Below are positions 59,541 to 64,000 of a stretch of DNA of 64,000 nucleotides, piece by piece; the first letter of the stretch is position 1, and every line of letters begins with the position of its first letter. Source of the stretch: Macrostomum lignano (taxonomy: Eukaryota). The stretch lies in contig NIVC01001603.1 of the NCBI GenBank assembly GCA_002269645.1, forward strand, positions 134,217-198,216. Reading direction: 5' to 3'. The translations under genes and the position numbers were made by a program. Under the pieces are notes generated by a model. It saw nothing but the letters and a program-made list of their open reading frames with translations, searched no databases and was not told the origin of the DNA.

Positions 59541-62500
59541 GTGTTGTTCCCTTGCTCCCCATTAATATTTTATTACCTTTGCGACTTACTGTGTATATTC
59601 TTGTTAACCTGTGCTTGTGTTGTGAGCCAGCCACAACACAAGTCGTGCTGGTTTCTACGATATCCCACTATGAAAAATCCATGGAACTAGCTCTTGTTGA
59701 GGCATCAAACTAGCTATCGAGACTTTATTTTTAAGCCTCGTATTCTAATTCTATGCTAGATTTCCAGGAATTCGAGGCTGGTTCGAGAATAGTTTGCGAA
59801 AACGCTACCCTAGAACACCTGGTGTTTCCGTGTCCTTAATATGGCTTGTGTAAAATCCGAGACCTCTCTGTCTCCTTTCTTTATTGCATTTCCTAAGGGA
59901 AGCTAACAAAGGGGAATCACAGTCACTGAACAAAGTAAGCACTAAGGGTTGCGTAAATACTCGTATGAATTGCGTTTTAGACCGCTTTATTAATCAAGCC
60001 ATATTGTTATGAACCCCTTTTCGCGATCGATTCTTCAACTATATAGTTGAGATTATTCTCACTGCTCCCAAAAAATTACTAAGCTAAGGCCCCAAAGCCT
60101 TCAAATTTGTGCAGACCTTGTGCAGTATGTTTACATCCGAATGCTAAATATTCAAATGAGTGCGTTACTAAGTGTCAAGCTAAATATTACTTTAGAGTTA
60201 ATCTTCAAGTTCAATGCTTGGCAGGCTTGTCATTTGAGTATTCGAATTCTCAGTAAAGAGTATTGCAGCTTTTATCTAAAGGCAAATTTCTCAATGACTC
60301 GTAAACTTGTGCACCCAGGTCAAGTAATTTTCCAAGAAATGCCTTTTCTATTCATCCTGTGTGAGCATTTTTGTAAGAATTAGCTGGTAAAATAAACTGA
60401 GTCTTGCTTTCAATTCCTTGCAATCAATATACATGTACCTATATTTGAAAATGAGGAACCTAATACTTGTGTTGCTTTATTATTGTCAGATTATAGTTTT
60501 TAGTATATACATGTTAGGACATAGATAACTTTAATGGAGACTCAGATATGAGATTCTAACCGATTATTAGAGCGTGCCAGTCGGTGTCACCCACAAAAAG
60601 AATGTCTCTATCTCAATCAGCTTTCGACTTCGAGATTTTTGAAGGGCGCTTATGCTTTCGCAGTTTTTGTACAGATGTTAAGAAACGGCGAATGCAACTG
60701 CTTGTTATTCTGAGTCTGTTTGAAATATCTGATACCATTTATTTTTCGTAACTTGTGATACGGTATACATGTATATAATTAAGCCAATATATACCAAAGC
60801 TCTATACGAAAGAACAAAGCAAACCAAACAAAGATTTCCTAGCTCTGCTTCTCCCCTTTCCCCTTAAGAGTGGTGTGCCACGATTTGCATGGATTTGGCC
60901 TTAAAAAATCGGGATACCGAACCGAAGCAACTGAAGCAGAAATTCGTTTCTGCGTTGTGCCTCTAACGGGCGACAGTGATTAGATTCAAACGGATTTGTT
61001 ATTAGCTCGACTCGTATATAGCTAAAGTTTATGTCAAGATTTCTAGATTGTATATTGGTATTAATTGAAACGTATATCGTTTCCACAGCTGTTTTGGAAT
61101 CATCAATCAGCTGCTTTGATTTCTCGACTCCGCCCCGAATGCATTTGCCGAAAAAACTACTAGCTTATGCGACTGTGAACTGGCATCATCGATACACAAA
61201 GAGACTGAAACCTCGAGAACGCTAGCTATAAGTCCGTTTTTTGTTCTGCCTTGCTTTCTTGGTTCTGCTTTGTTGAAGGCCTTCCTAATGTATCAAAACC
61301 AAGATTTATATCTGTTTAGCTGCATAGCTAACAAAAATCGTGGAAACCCATTCTATTCATGGTCTGAGAACCCTGATCATGCATGGACGACTATATATAA
61401 GCACCCGGACAGGAAACGGAAAATACATTATTTTTTTGTACAACATGGGCAAAGTTCCTTTCTGAGGAAGAGAGGAGTGGGGCCCTTCTCCGCAACACTC
61501 TTTCCCTCACGGCATCCCAAACAAGCAAACGCGTACATATCGCGTTCCAGCCTGAAGCCAAAGTGAGCAAGTGCATGAAAAGACAGTGACACAGACTGTG
61601 GGGTTGTACATTGACAAGTGGTTTGAATAAGGATAACTGTTGCCTTTTCTCCTCGATTGCACTATAATTTAGTGACTCTAAAACGTTATTTATCTGCATT
61701 TTTTCACCAACTGTTTGCTGATTATTTTAAATTGCCAATCCTGCATAAATAAACAGTGCCGAATTCTGAAATAGTAGTTATTGGCATTGGCATGTCATCA
61801 ATAAATGAGATTCTGTCTTGCGCTCAAAACTTATTTTCCATGATTGATTCTTTTGGTGGCTGAGGAACGGACTGGCTGGGGGAAGAAAGAATGCCCTCAT
61901 CTTGTACAGGGCAATTTCGCTTTCAGTCCAGTAGAATCTAGGAGTCCATGGATCGTGCCTGGATCAAACAAAGAGGCTGGAAAAAAAACTTTTTTCTTAT
62001 CGGGGAGTATCGGACGAGACAGTAGAACCTGGTGGCGTGGCAAAAAAGATGTCGGAAGGAGAAGCTCGAGAGGCTAATAAATTAGATTTTTGCTTCTAAA
62101 TGGAAGAAGCAAAAGAGATAAAGGGTTCCGAATGCCGTGGGTATCCTCATGCCCATTTCCAAACATATACAATATAGACAGGTAAAGTGAAGTAAAAAAG
62201 CCTCTAGGACCATAAAAATGGTTTATCTCACCGCTCGATCGATACAGAGCGGGTCTCTTTCTTGGACAGAGCATTGTCCAACAGATACGGCTCTGTTGGA
62301 CCAATGCTATACTTTTTGCGGCCTCAGTCATACATATCGGGGGGAACCTTCTGTGTTGATTTTTCGTCCCGGCAAGCCTCGAGATTTGGTCTGTGACTCG
62401 AAGAATAAGAACAAAGAGGTTCGGTTGTCTCCAGAGCGGCCAGATGTGGGTCTGCGATCTGTGAAGCATCTGCATTTGGCCCCCTGTCTTTAGCAAACTC

Positions 62501-62629
62501 AGCATTGCTTTTCCTGTGCCTGGTCCCCTGGGTCCAGGAAACTGCTTTCTCCTGGTCAAGGAAGCTGTATTAGTAGACTTAAACATGAAATTCTACAGAT
62601 CACTAGAGCGTATCAGTCGGTGTCATCTG

Positions 62630-64000
62630 TAGAATTTCATATTTGACTCTAGTAAACAGCTTGGCAATTGCTGATTGATTATCCTGGATTTCCCGTATTT
62701 TAATGCATAGAAAATTTTCCGGAATCGCCGCCTTGGAATATCTAGAAAGCAGATTAAGCTAGAGACATGATTCTTTCTAGGGAAGATAGGGACTGACACG
62801 CTCTAATGATCTGTAGAATCTCATATCTGAGTCTTCTAATACAGCTTGGCAATTTGTGATTGATTTTCCTGAATTTCACCATTTGAAATGCATTGCAATT
62901 TTCTGGAATCGCCTTTTTGAAATATCTGGAAAGCAGATTAAGCTAGAGACACGATTCTTTCTGGGGAAGACAGGGACTGACACGCTCTAATGATCTGTAG
63001 AATCTCATATCTGAGTCTTCTAATACAGCTTGGCAATTTGTGATTGATTTTCGCGAATTTCACCATTTGAATGCATTGCAATTTTCTGGAATCGCCGTTT
63101 TTGAGTGAATATCTGGAAAGCAGATTAAGCTAGAGACACGATTCTTTCTGGGAAAGACAGGGACTGACAGCATCACTAACTAATGATCTGTAGAATCTCA
63201 TATCTGAGTCTTCTAATACAGCTTGGCAATTTGTGATTGATTTTCCTGATTTCCCTTATTTAAATACAGAAATTTTCCGGAATCTCGCCTTCGAATATCT
63301 GGAAAGCAGATTAAGCTAGAGATATGATTCTTTCTAGGGAAGACAGGGACTGACACGCTCTAATGATCTGTAGAATCTCATATCTGAGTCTTCTAATACA
63401 GCTTGGCAATTGCTGATTGATTTTCGGCGAATTTCCCATTTGAATACATGAATTTTCTGGAATCGCCATTTTTGAAGAATATCTGGAAAGCAGATTAAGC
63501 TAGAGACACGATTCTTTCTAGGGAAGACAGGACTGGACTGACACTGATCTCTAATGATCTGTAGAATCTCATATCTGACTCTAATACAGCTTGGCAATTG
63601 CTGATTGATTTTCCTGATTTCCCTTATTAAATACAGAAATTTTCCGGAATCTCCGCTTCGAATATCTGGAAAGCAGATTAAGCTAGAGACACGATTCTTT
63701 CTGGGGAAGACAGGACTGACACGCTCTAATGATCTGTAGAATCTCATATCTAAGTCTTCTAATACAGCTTGGCAATTTGCTGATTGATTTTCCTGGATTT
63801 CCCTTATTTAAATACATAGAAATTTTCCGGAATCTCGCCTTTCGAATATCTGGAAAGCAGATTAAGCTAAGACACGATTCTTTCTAGGGAAGACAGGGAC
63901 TGACACGACTCCAATGATCTGTAGAATCTCATATTGAGTCTTCTAATACAGCTTGGCAATTGCTGATTGATTTTCGCGAATTTCACCATTTGAATGCATT
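62630..64000. repeat. ~175-193-bp satellite-like tandem array running off the window
   Basis: Anchor GATCTGTAGAATC recurs at ~62808, 62992, 63185, 63365, 63556, 63731, 63916. Confidence 0.96.

Noticed and set aside
62074-62586. Minus-strand ORF with GPGTGK (Walker A-like) and ILYMFGNGHED (OTU-like) words
   Set aside because: Isolated short matches without supporting flanking motifs; cannot be supported without an HMM search.

Overview
Eukaryotic, metazoan-like genomic window with GC-rich exons, AT-rich intergenic DNA and GT-AG introns. The composition and intron minisatellites suggest a free-living flatworm such as Macrostomum, but this is inference only. Host genes reconstructed by hand from splice sites and phases: synaptojanin (+, 9 coding exons, 4363-15931); porcupine MBOAT (+, 8 exons, 18869-24413, with a 5-bp frameshifting duplication); CDC50/TMEM30 (+, 3 exons, 30947-34210); and a divergent alpha-type nicotinic receptor subunit (-, 39935 to at least 46393, second exon tandemly duplicated, first exon not found). 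Mobile elements: an intact EnSpm/CMC-like transposase head-to-head with a 5-exon DUF4806-like gene carrying ~20 EAKAAA repeats, two hAT-like MITEs, a Tc1-like deletion derivative, a CCCG-ended TIR element and five copies of a CORE-like tRNA-SINE. Nearly every long intron holds its own unrelated minisatellite. The most striking signal is the first ~4.2 kb, which shows RIP-like C>T/G>A hypermutation: a 4-exon gene there has 13 in-frame stops and no indels, and a SINE copy carries CpG>TpA double hits relative to its sister copies. No database searches were possible; family calls rest on recalled motifs.
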